DNA of 64,000 nt from a virus: positions 4,049-68,048 of IMG/VR virus record IMGVR_UViG_3300034060_000182; one strand, 5' to 3'. A program made the translations under genes and the position numbers. Under the pieces are notes generated by a model. The model did no database searches and was not told the origin of the DNA. It saw nothing but the letters and a program-made list of their open reading frames with translations. Below, piece by piece: positions 1-6,959 of the stretch (positions within the stretch are counted from its first letter, which is position 1; every line of letters starts with the position of its first letter).

Positions 1-67
1 GATGGAATCGAACCATCGACGTAACTCCGTTGTCAATAACGTCATAACCATATTTATCCGCCGCACT
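1..67 (-). ncRNA. tRNA-like element, truncated at window edge
   Basis: Minus strand AGTGCGG...GATGG-TTCGATT-CCATC is a perfect T-arm. The anticodon arm is replaced by a longer GACGT...ACGTC stem. The 3' acceptor half lies outside the window. Confidence 0.5.
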
Positions 68-92
68 ATGTCAAAGTGTGTATAGCAAGTCG

Positions 93-203
93 CTAAGACT
101 CGTCTGGTTCTGTTTCAAAATCACAATGTTCTAAACAGTCAGCACATAATTCATCAAATATGTAGTGTCTACCAGCACCACAACAATCACTATATTCTTC
201 CAT
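93..203 (-). CDS. Small Cys-rich (Zn-finger-like) protein, 36 aa
   Basis: Hand-translated MEEYSDCCGAGRHYIFDELCADCLEHCDFETEPDES; below the ORF-track cutoff. Confidence 0.6.
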   Translation of the reverse strand: MEEYSDCCGAGRHYIFDELCADCLEHCDFETEPDES

Positions 204-215
204 AATATTTATTAT

Positions 216-488
216 TTAGTTTACATATTGTGTATTATTTAGTTTACATATTATTATCATTTCATCTTTTGTAGGTACACTTTCAAATTCCATACCTAAT
301 GACTGTAACAATGGTTCATAGTCTTTGTAATTTTTTACTAATTCCAATGAAGCAAACGTATTTTCACCGCTGTCAATAGGTTCTATGTTTATAAAACCTA
401 AATATCCTTCATTGTTCTTGTCAAATTGATAGTCGTTTACAACAACTCCAATATACTTTAATACTTCTCTACTTAATAATCTACTCAT
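216..488 (-). CDS. Hypothetical early protein
   Basis: 90-aa ORF with an AT-rich leader, in the minus-strand early cluster. Confidence 0.7.
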   Translation of the reverse strand: MSRLLSREVLKYIGVVVNDYQFDKNNEGYLGFINIEPIDSGENTFASLELVKNYKDYEPLLQSLGMEFESVPTKDEMIIICKLNNTQYVN

Positions 489-506
489 ATCTATTTGTTT
501 TAAATG

Positions 507-695
507 TTACTTTCTACGCCACGACTTGTGAACCGCCGCACTTAATTCTTGACTTACAATCTGAATTGTATTACCTGTTTTATGTTCTATAATAGGTATA
601 TAACTATATGTTTTCATAGTTGAACAGTTTACACATGTCTTATAACCTAACTCTATCCTAACAGGATGCATTTGACTTCCACATCTACAGTACAT
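507..695 (-). CDS. DksA/TraR-type C4 zinc-finger protein
   Basis: CRCG-x4-P-x-R...TCVNC pattern. ATG at 695 preferred because the track start (716) abuts the promoter. Confidence 0.6.
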   Translation of the reverse strand: MYCRCGSQMHPVRIELGYKTCVNCSTMKTYSYIPIIEHKTGNTIQIVSQELSAAVHKSWRRK

Positions 696-717
696 AATGT
701 TTGTTTTTAAATTCAAA

Positions 718-750
718 TATATTATCTCACTATTTTATTAATAAGTCCGT
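718..750 (-). promoter_or_regulatory. Class-1 (early) promoter ACGGACTTA-N15-GATAATATA
   Basis: One of seven copies with an invariant 15-nt spacer. Confidence 0.8.
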
Positions 751-879
751 AAGGCATTTAGGGAATTCTTCTAATCTATATAATTCAATTATCACTTGCT
801 GTTGGTACATAGTTAAAGAATCATAATTTACTTCGAAATACTCTTTAGATAAGGAATCTAAACTTGCCATTATACTCAT
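730..879 (-). CDS. Hypothetical protein, 49 aa
   Basis: Hand-translated MSIMASLDSLSKEYFEVNYDSL...; its 3' end overlaps the promoter. Confidence 0.5.
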   Translation of the reverse strand: MSIMASLDSLSKEYFEVNYDSLTMYQQQVIIELYRLEEFPKCLTDLLIK

Positions 880-900
880 ATCTATATATTTTAAAGTTAG

Positions 901-966
901 TAGTCAGGCGAGGACTCGAACCTTATCCACTTTATCAGCGTGGCGCTTCCATTCAGCTACCTGACT
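901..966 (-). tRNA. Short atypical tRNA-Ile(GAT)-like element
   Basis: Acceptor AGTCAGG/CCTGACT-A, D-arm GCT/AGC, anticodon arm CCAC..CTGATAA..GTGG, T-loop GGTTCGAGTCC. Only 66 nt, with a weak T-stem. Confidence 0.55.
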
Positions 967-1009
967 CCTTAGTAAGAGGCTTTACCAAGCAAAACACTTG
1001 GTTACATTA

Positions 1010-1507
1010 CTAATTTCTTCTTAAATCTCTCATTAAATCGCTAAACAAAGCGTGTATAGCAGCCATTTCTGGCATGTCATCATTAGCAGTTTGTTTTGAC
1101 TTAAGAGGTTTAATCCATTTACCATTTTTAAACACCTTGATGTTATGATAAAAGAAATGATATTCACCTTCAAAACTTAATAACTCATGCTCTTGATATT
1201 CTGAAGTATGTGGGTTCTTATCTAGTATAAGACCATGTTTAGTATTGACGCCAATAGCAAACCCACGTCTTTCAGCTTCCGCAACGAACTCCGCTAATTT
1301 AGCATCGTCTTCTGCCGAATTCCTGTTCTCGTCTATATCGTCCCAAAACCTTTGGCCTTCAGGTGCTTCACGCCAACTAAAAGCCATTGCTAGCGAAAGA
1401 TCTTCTTCAACGCATCTAAGAGTATCTAATGGACCTCTTTGTTTTAGCATGTTTAATACTACTTTTTCTTTGTGCTCATTTGGCACTTGACTAATTCTAA
1501 TTCCCAT
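1010..1507 (-). CDS. Hypothetical early protein
   Basis: ORF track 1010..1552; ATG at 1507 (MGIRISQ) follows an AT-rich leader. Confidence 0.7.
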   Translation of the reverse strand: MGIRISQVPNEHKEKVVLNMLKQRGPLDTLRCVEEDLSLAMAFSWREAPEGQRFWDDIDENRNSAEDDAKLAEFVAEAERRGFAIGVNTKHGLILDKNPHTSEYQEHELLSFEGEYHFFYHNIKVFKNGKWIKPLKSKQTANDDMPEMAAIHALFSDLMRDLRRN

Positions 1508-1538
1508 GATAATATAATTTAAAGTTAATGATACAAAT

Positions 1539-1763
1539 TTATTCTTCGCCACGTCTTACGTGTCTATGATTCCACAATCTAGTACAAGAGAATTTCTTGC
1601 TTTTACTGAATGTAGACTTCTGCCTAATTATTGTACTGTTGTATTCTCTGTTTGTTAAACCGCTACACTTTTTCTCGTTAGCGTTATTAACTAGATGTTG
1701 ATCTATTCTTTGTCTACGAATATTATTACAATACTGCATAGCTACTATTGCTGCTGCTTCCAT
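1539..1763 (-). CDS. Hypothetical protein
   Basis: 74-aa ORF tightly packed in the operon. Confidence 0.65.
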   Translation of the reverse strand: MEAAAIVAMQYCNNIRRQRIDQHLVNNANEKKCSGLTNREYNSTIIRQKSTFSKSKKFSCTRLWNHRHVRRGEE

Positions 1764-1765
1764 AT

Positions 1766-1933
1766 TTAATTATTTATTTCTAAGTTCAATTCACTAGTGG
1801 TCATATATTCTACGTGTCTCATATCAAAGTTATCTGTAATATAATCTTCTACATATTCTTCAATATCTAAACCATCTGGTATCTTATGTATTAATACCTT
1901 GCCATCACGGTAATCTAATATACTTAAATACAT
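1766..1933 (-). CDS. Hypothetical protein
   Basis: ORF track; ATG at 1933 (MYLSILDY) likely. Confidence 0.65.
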   Translation of the reverse strand: MYLSILDYRDGKVLIHKIPDGLDIEEYVEDYITDNFDMRHVEYMTTSELNLEINN

Positions 1934-2045
1934 AGTTATGTTCTTTGCACCCACGCTGCTGCGTTAGCTAAGTCTTTAAATACTACTTTGAACTTGAATA
2001 ATAATACACTAATAATGTTTGCTTGCTTCTTCATAATTTAATTGT

Positions 2046-2207
2046 TTAAAGGGTTATTTCTTCTACTATTTCATTGTAATCTCTTAATATTTCTTCTATT
2101 GTAAAAGAGTCTAGGTATTCCATTATCTCTATTACATCTGACTCATATATCTTATTATGAAACAGACAAAAGTTTATTGCTAATGTTATTAAATACTGTT
2201 TAGTCAT
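2046..2207 (-). CDS. Hypothetical protein, 53 aa
   Basis: Hand-translated MTKQYLITLAINFCLF...; overlaps the stop of the upstream ORF. Confidence 0.5.
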   Translation of the reverse strand: MTKQYLITLAINFCLFHNKIYESDVIEIMEYLDSFTIEEILRDYNEIVEEITL

Positions 2208-2379
2208 TGTACACTATATTAATTAATTCTTCTAATATAACACTTCTATCATAGTTTGTTTTCCAAGTACATTGAGTGTAAATATACTCTGATATTTCTC
2301 TGACTACCTGGTCTCTGCTTCCACCACATTTGATGAAAGCCTTGAAACCATCGATAGCATCATTAACTTGTTGACTCAT
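2200..2379 (-). CDS. Hypothetical protein, 59 aa
   Basis: Hand-translated MSQQVNDAIDGFKAFIKCGG...; starts 1 nt after the previous stop. Confidence 0.6.
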   Translation of the reverse strand: MSQQVNDAIDGFKAFIKCGGSRDQVVREISEYIYTQCTWKTNYDRSVILEELINIVYND

Positions 2380-2380
2380 A

Positions 2381-2587
2381 TTACCAACCAGTTTTTAAAT
2401 CATCTTCTAGTATGAAAGTCCAACCTTTGTGGTTAAACCATGAGGTTATACCTTCTTGCTCTTTATCTTCGTTATAAATGAAGGCAAATCTTTGTGGTAG
2501 ATTACCAATTAAAAAACCACGGTATTCTCTTTTATTCAACCATATAGTTGAACCTCGTCTTTTGTAAGTTTGAACTGTTGTTGACAT
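2381..2587 (-). CDS. Hypothetical early protein
   Basis: 68-aa ORF directly downstream of a class-1 promoter. Confidence 0.7.
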   Translation of the reverse strand: MSTTVQTYKRRGSTIWLNKREYRGFLIGNLPQRFAFIYNEDKEQEGITSWFNHKGWTFILEDDLKTGW

Positions 2588-2630
2588 AGTAAATAGGTAT
2601 TAAAGATTAATGTTATAATTTAATTTCGAA

Positions 2631-2663
2631 TATATTATCACACTATAATATTATTAAGTCCGT
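2631..2663 (-). promoter_or_regulatory. Class-1 promoter
   Basis: TATATTATC-N15-TAAGTCCGT on the + strand. Confidence 0.8.
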
Positions 2664-2798
2664 ATAGATAATCTAGTTAGTTCTAAGGTGTGAAAATGTT
2701 TATTAGAACAAAACAGTTGAGAGGTATATTACTACATCTCTCATCATCTCTATGCACTTTTAACCACAATATTGGTAGTATGAACGTTTAATTTCATA

Positions 2799-2831
2799 TA
2801 TATTATCTGAAGTGAAACAAAATAAGTCCGT
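2799..2831 (-). promoter_or_regulatory. Class-1 promoter
   Basis: TATATTATC-N15-TAAGTCCGT on the + strand. Confidence 0.8.
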
Positions 2832-2895
2832 GAAGTGTATAGCAAAAGCTACTAAACAGGAAATAATGGCACAACAAAGTCGTTAATTTAAAAAC

Positions 2896-2941
2896 TGTGA
2901 CATTAGGGTCTTATATTATATAGTAACAGGCTATTGTCACA
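2896..2941. repeat. 46-bp inverted-repeat site, copy A
   Basis: TGTGACATTAG-N24-CTATTGTCACA; second copy at 63201-63246. Confidence 0.85.
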
Positions 2942-2974
2942 CTTTTGTAGTGCTTACTATTGCTTCAAAAAGAT

Positions 2975-3000
2975 AAAAAAAAAGACCACCGAAGTGGCCT
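2975..3000 (-). terminator. Intrinsic terminator
   Basis: AGGCCAC-TTCG-GTGGTCT followed by a T run. Confidence 0.85.
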
Positions 3001-3010
3001 TATTTAATAA

Positions 3011-3304
3011 TTATACCAATGTTGGTAAATTTCTTACGAAGACTGGTAAATCTTTCGAGTTAGTATAACTTCCATACTTGTCGAAGCAAGGCATTAAGTC
3101 AAATTTTGCTCGCAAAGCGTTATAAACTAAGTCGTGGTTGTAAACTTTCAACTCGTTCTTATGATTAGTAAAACTTATAACAGTATTACTTCCAATTAAT
3201 GACTTGCGAATAACAAATCTTTTTGTAGTTAATTGATTTGTAGTTGATACTACTGCAGGAGCTGCCACTGGCGCTACAACTGCACTTGATTTTTTTGTTG
3301 ACAT
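3011..3304 (-). CDS. Early protein, paralogue of 4006..4272
   Basis: Shares LTTKRFVIRKSLIG...YNHD.VY..L.AKFD.MPCF.KYGSYTN...LP.FVR; ATG at 3304. Confidence 0.8.
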   Translation of the reverse strand: MSTKKSSAVVAPVAAPAVVSTTNQLTTKRFVIRKSLIGSNTVISFTNHKNELKVYNHDLVYNALRAKFDLMPCFDKYGSYTNSKDLPVFVRNLPTLV

Positions 3305-3348
3305 AGTATAAAATATTAAAATTATAAAGATTAAAATCAATCTTCGTA

Positions 3349-3381
3349 TATATTATCAATAATAAAATGTCGTAAGTCCGT
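3349..3381 (-). promoter_or_regulatory. Class-1 promoter
   Basis: TATATTATC-N15-TAAGTCCGT, flanked by GTGCTATAC. Confidence 0.8.
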
Positions 3382-3464
3382 GAAGTGCTATACATAATGG
3401 ACCTTAAAACTAGCTTTAGCAACTAAAGTCGGCTCTGCCTGCCCATTCCACCAATAGGTAGAGT

Positions 3465-3488
3465 AAAAAACCCTATTTCTAGGGCTTT
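3465..3488 (-). terminator. Intrinsic terminator
   Basis: AAAGCCCTA-GAAA-TAGGGTTTTTT. Confidence 0.8.
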
Positions 3489-3494
3489 ATTTAG

Positions 3495-3719
3495 TTATAT
3501 GTCATAATACTTATCTACTACAGATCCTAAGAACTCTAGTGTTGCATCTGGTGCTGTAAATTCAACTAAACTGTTATCAGAGTTAGATATTGTAGCATCA
3601 AATGATGCTGTTATAACTCTCACTAACACATCATCTTCATAGATAAATGTATTTGTGCCATCTGTGTATTCTGTGTACACTGTGCCAGATTCTTTGCTGA
3701 CTGCTTTAAGTAATTTCAT
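3495..3719 (-). CDS. Hypothetical acidic early protein
   Basis: 74-aa ORF with its own promoter and terminator. Confidence 0.75.
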   Translation of the reverse strand: MKLLKAVSKESGTVYTEYTDGTNTFIYEDDVLVRVITASFDATISNSDNSLVEFTAPDATLEFLGSVVDKYYDI

Positions 3720-3740
3720 AAGATATAATTTAATTTCAAA

Positions 3741-3773
3741 TATATTATCCTAATAGAAAACTTGTAAGTCCGT
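3741..3773 (-). promoter_or_regulatory. Class-1 promoter
   Basis: TATATTATC-N15-TAAGTCCGT, flanked by GTGCTATAC. Confidence 0.8.
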
Positions 3774-3796
3774 GGAGTGCTATACACATTAATGCT

Positions 3797-3822
3797 AAAA
3801 AAAGACCACATATAGTGGCCTT
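3797..3822 (-). terminator. Intrinsic terminator
   Basis: AAGGCCAC-TATAT-GTGGTCT plus T run; same stem as 2975-3000. Confidence 0.8.
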
Positions 3823-3841
3823 GTTTAGTTGTTATGATATG

Positions 3842-3943
3842 TTACACTGACATCATGAATTGTAACGCGAAGTATACTCCGATGTATAATGCAAGTACTA
3901 TTAGCGGTTTGATCTGATTGATTGTATTAGATATGTGTCTCAT
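3842..3943 (-). CDS. Small membrane peptide, 33 aa
   Basis: MRHISNTINQIKPLIVLALYIGVYFALQFMMSV, one hydrophobic helix. Confidence 0.5.
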   Translation of the reverse strand: MRHISNTINQIKPLIVLALYIGVYFALQFMMSV

Positions 3944-4005
3944 GATTATATGATTTAGTTAGATTAATAAAATAAGCAGTTTAACGATTTGCTTAGATCG
4001 ATGCA

Positions 4006-4272
4006 TTATACTATTTCTTTTAAAGCTCTTACGAATGCTGGCAGATTATTAGTATTAGTATAACTACCGTATTTAGCGAAGCATGGCATTGCATCAAACT
4101 TAGCTTTTAATTGGTCATATACTTTATCATGATTGTATATGCATTCAACATTCTTATTGTTCATGAATGTTATTACTGTATTAGTTCCAATCAGCGATTT
4201 TCTGATTACGAATCTTTTAGTAGTTAATGCTACTTGTGGTGCTGCTGCTGCAGCTGCTGTTGATTTTGACAT
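4006..4272 (-). CDS. First early gene, paralogue of 3011..3304
   Basis: Near-identical core to the paralogue; Ala-rich N-terminus. Confidence 0.8.
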   Translation of the reverse strand: MSKSTAAAAAAPQVALTTKRFVIRKSLIGTNTVITFMNNKNVECIYNHDKVYDQLKAKFDAMPCFAKYGSYTNTNNLPAFVRALKEIV

Positions 4273-4314
4273 AGTTATTAAATTAAATTATAAAGATCTT
4301 AATTAATCTTCATA

Positions 4315-4347
4315 TATATTATCAACATCATATTCTTGTAAGTCCGT
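4315..4347 (-). promoter_or_regulatory. Class-1 promoter (degenerate tandem copy at 4351-4383)
   Basis: TATATTATC-N15-TAAGTCCGT; neighbour CATAACATC-N15-TAACTCCGT. Confidence 0.8.
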
Positions 4348-4720
4348 GAACATAACATCTTATTAAGATCGTAGTAACTCCGTGCGAGTGCTATACATAC
4401 GCATAAGGTAAAAGCTAAATCCTATTACGACATCACGCACGTATGACTCACATCATCAACCCAAAAGCTAAAAAGTTGGGGGACCCGGCAAAATGAAAAG
4501 CGTTTTCCTTTTCGAAAATAAAAATAGAAATTAGGTAGTAACACAATAATTCTCTACATCTCATCAAATTCACCCAGGCCCAAAAAATTTTTTTTAATAT
4601 TTTTTTTACAACGCATAATATTATGGACAGAACAAGTCATATTGTCTATAATATAACACATAACCATTATAATGGCCATTTATGCTGTTTTAAGGCACTT
4701 TTAACCAGTATAGTGGCTAA

Positions 4721-4746
4721 TGTAAATATTTACTTTTTCGTGTGAT
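4721..4746 (+). promoter_or_regulatory. Class-2 promoter TGTAAA-N13-GTGTGAT
   Basis: Heads the structural arm; four more copies with the same spacing. Confidence 0.65.
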
Positions 4747-4781
4747 TAGAGAGAGTATATATTACTCGTTAAAAATTAGCT

Positions 4782-5072
4782 ATGGCATTTCAATTAAGAA
4801 GTCAATCTTTAGAAAATCAGTCACCTTTATTAAAGCAAAAACTTTCTCCAAAAGCGGCTAAGGCCAAAGCGGAGAGAGATCTTGCCTATGCTAAAACTGA
4901 CGACAGACGAAAGAAGAAGGCACACTCACAGAGAATGCGTAGAAAAGATCCTGCAGGAAAAGGTAAGGATTGGGATCACGAAGATGGAAGATGGGAAAGT
5001 GTAAAACAAAACCGTGGTAACGAAGGCGAAGGGACTAAAAAAGAGAGTGGCAAGAAATATATAATAAGATAA
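4782..5072 (+). CDS. Basic protein with degenerate HNH-like motif
   Basis: KGKDWDH...S.KQNRG resembles minimal phage HNH proteins; MAFQL start and SPLLKQ motif. Confidence 0.55.
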   Translation: MAFQLRSQSLENQSPLLKQKLSPKAAKAKAERDLAYAKTDDRRKKKAHSQRMRRKDPAGKGKDWDHEDGRWESVKQNRGNEGEGTKKESGKKYIIR

Positions 5073-5073
5073 T

Positions 5074-5562
5074 ATGGGAGTTAAAAAAGTAGAACCCACA
5101 GCACCTAAGTCTGGTGTTATGAGTAATAAATCTGGGCAAACACCACCAAAGAAAGAAATGATTAAAAGAAAAGATGGTAGTGTGTCTCAAAGAGGTTTAT
5201 GGGATAATATACGTGCTAATAGAGGTTCTGGAAACAAACCTACAAAAAACATGTTAAAAGAAGAAAAGAAGATTAAGAAAGAAAGTCCTTTAAGAAAGAC
5301 TGCTGCTTGGACTCGTAAAGAAGGTAAAGATCCTAAAGGAGGATTGAACGCTAAAGGAGTTGCAAGTTATAGAAGAGAAAACCCAGGTTCTAAATTACAG
5401 ACTGCTGTAACTAAGAAACCTTCAGAATTAAAGGCAGGTAGTAAAGACGCTAAGCGTAGAAAATCTTTCTGTGCTAGAATGTCTGGTATGCCGGGAGCAA
5501 TGAAGAAACCAAATGGAGAACCAACTAGAAAGAAACTTGCGTTAGACAAGTGGAATTGTTAA
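5074..5562 (+). CDS. Conserved basic phage protein
   Basis: AWTRKEGKDPKGGLN...RRKSFCARM...KWNC motif, recognised as common in aquatic phages. Confidence 0.7.
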   Translation: MGVKKVEPTAPKSGVMSNKSGQTPPKKEMIKRKDGSVSQRGLWDNIRANRGSGNKPTKNMLKEEKKIKKESPLRKTAAWTRKEGKDPKGGLNAKGVASYRRENPGSKLQTAVTKKPSELKAGSKDAKRRKSFCARMSGMPGAMKKPNGEPTRKKLALDKWNC

Positions 5563-5580
5563 ACAATTAATTATACATAC

Positions 5581-6192
5581 ATGTCTGGAATAATATCATA
5601 CCCAGTAACTACACCTGAATTAGACGATTTACTGTTAGGTACAGAAATAAAAGAAGATGGCAATACAACCAAGAATTTTCAAATGAATTCTGTTAGAGTT
5701 TTATTCGTAGAGAATACACCAATACAGTTTACAGAAGTATTAGTAGCGGCCGATGCTAGTGACAATATAGTGGTAAACGACGGAGAAGAATTGATTTTGC
5801 CAATTGGACCAGCTCAGGTAAATATAAATAACCCGGTATCTTTAGCAGCTGACGGAACAATAACTTTTAACGACGCTGGTTTATATACTATAAACGCTAC
5901 TGCTAGTTTTGGCGTAGGTGGTGATTTGGCATCTCCGCTCATATTGTTGTTAGCAGGATTTCACAATAATACACAAGCCACTCCAACTTACAGTGGATTA
6001 GCACAATACCGTTATACACCAAATGTACAACATTATAATATAACAAAAGCTTTTGATGCAGGTGATACATTTGATTTTAGATTAGGTAAAAACGGAACGG
6101 ACGACGGAGGATTATTTGCTTCTAGCGATACAAGCCCGTTTGAACCAATACCTACATTTAGCATAGTAGTAGAACAAATAAAATTAGTATAA
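5581..6192 (+). CDS. Structural protein with C1q/TNF-like C-terminal domain
   Basis: GTITFNDAGLYTINATASF...AGDTFDFR beta pattern; the IISYP N-terminus is shared with the next gene. Confidence 0.55.
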   Translation: MSGIISYPVTTPELDDLLLGTEIKEDGNTTKNFQMNSVRVLFVENTPIQFTEVLVAADASDNIVVNDGEELILPIGPAQVNINNPVSLAADGTITFNDAGLYTINATASFGVGGDLASPLILLLAGFHNNTQATPTYSGLAQYRYTPNVQHYNITKAFDAGDTFDFRLGKNGTDDGGLFASSDTSPFEPIPTFSIVVEQIKLV

Positions 6193-6193
6193 C

Positions 6194-6940
6194 ATGGCAA
6201 TAATCTATAGCTACCCAACGAATACGAATATACTAGCTACAGATCTTGTTATAGGTTCATCAACTAAGGTTGTAAACGGAAAAAATAGGAATGTAACTAA
6301 AAACTTTGAGATAGGTAGTATCGCTGAATTCTACAACGAAATAAGCGCTATTGCTATTGCTGGTCAAAGTAATTTCTTTTTTCAAAACAACATTGCTCCA
6401 GGTAGAAAAAACGGTTCAATAAGTTTTATAAATGGAGGAGGAACAAATACTTTATTTAATAACATAACAACATTAAGATTAAGTAAGTTTGCTACATCAG
6501 GTAATCTTATTATAGACTATATAAACACTTTAGTTAATCAAGCTATTATAATCGCACAATGTGACGACTTAAATAATTTCGGTATATATAAATTCATTAG
6601 TATAAGTCCAGTTTCAGGTCAACCTAATTTTGTAGACATCGTATTAGAATCTGTTGGTGCGCATGGAAGTATACTACAAGATAAATTCTATGCCATTGCA
6701 GTATATCCAGGTTTTGTTAATCCAGATATTGATCCTATTGTTGGTGATAAAACTTTTGTATACACACAATCGGTACCTTCTACGATTTGGACAATAACAC
6801 ATAATTTAGATAAATTCCCTTCAGTTAGTGTTGTAAACATAAACAATGTTACGATGTACGGAGATGTTGTTTATTTAAACGAGAACGAACTACAAATAGA
6901 ATTTTCAGCTGGGTTTTCTGGCAAAGCATATATGAACTAA
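6194..6940 (+). CDS. Fibre/virion structural protein
   Basis: C-terminal WTITHNLDKFPSVSVV...FSGKAY module typical of fibre-associated proteins. Confidence 0.6.
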   Translation: MAIIYSYPTNTNILATDLVIGSSTKVVNGKNRNVTKNFEIGSIAEFYNEISAIAIAGQSNFFFQNNIAPGRKNGSISFINGGGTNTLFNNITTLRLSKFATSGNLIIDYINTLVNQAIIIAQCDDLNNFGIYKFISISPVSGQPNFVDIVLESVGAHGSILQDKFYAIAVYPGFVNPDIDPIVGDKTFVYTQSVPSTIWTITHNLDKFPSVSVVNINNVTMYGDVVYLNENELQIEFSAGFSGKAYMN

Positions 6941-6959
6941 TTAATAAAAAAAATAGAAA

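Noticed and set aside
2896-2941. TGTGA...TCACA as a CRP site or dif site
   Set aside because: CRP needs a 6-bp spacer and here the gap is 36 bp. The arms do not match XerC/D consensus.
718-4383. TAAGTCCGT repeats as a CRISPR or mini-array
   Set aside because: The copies are hundreds of bp apart, separated by genes, and bipartite with a variable core, which is promoter geometry. No cas genes are present.
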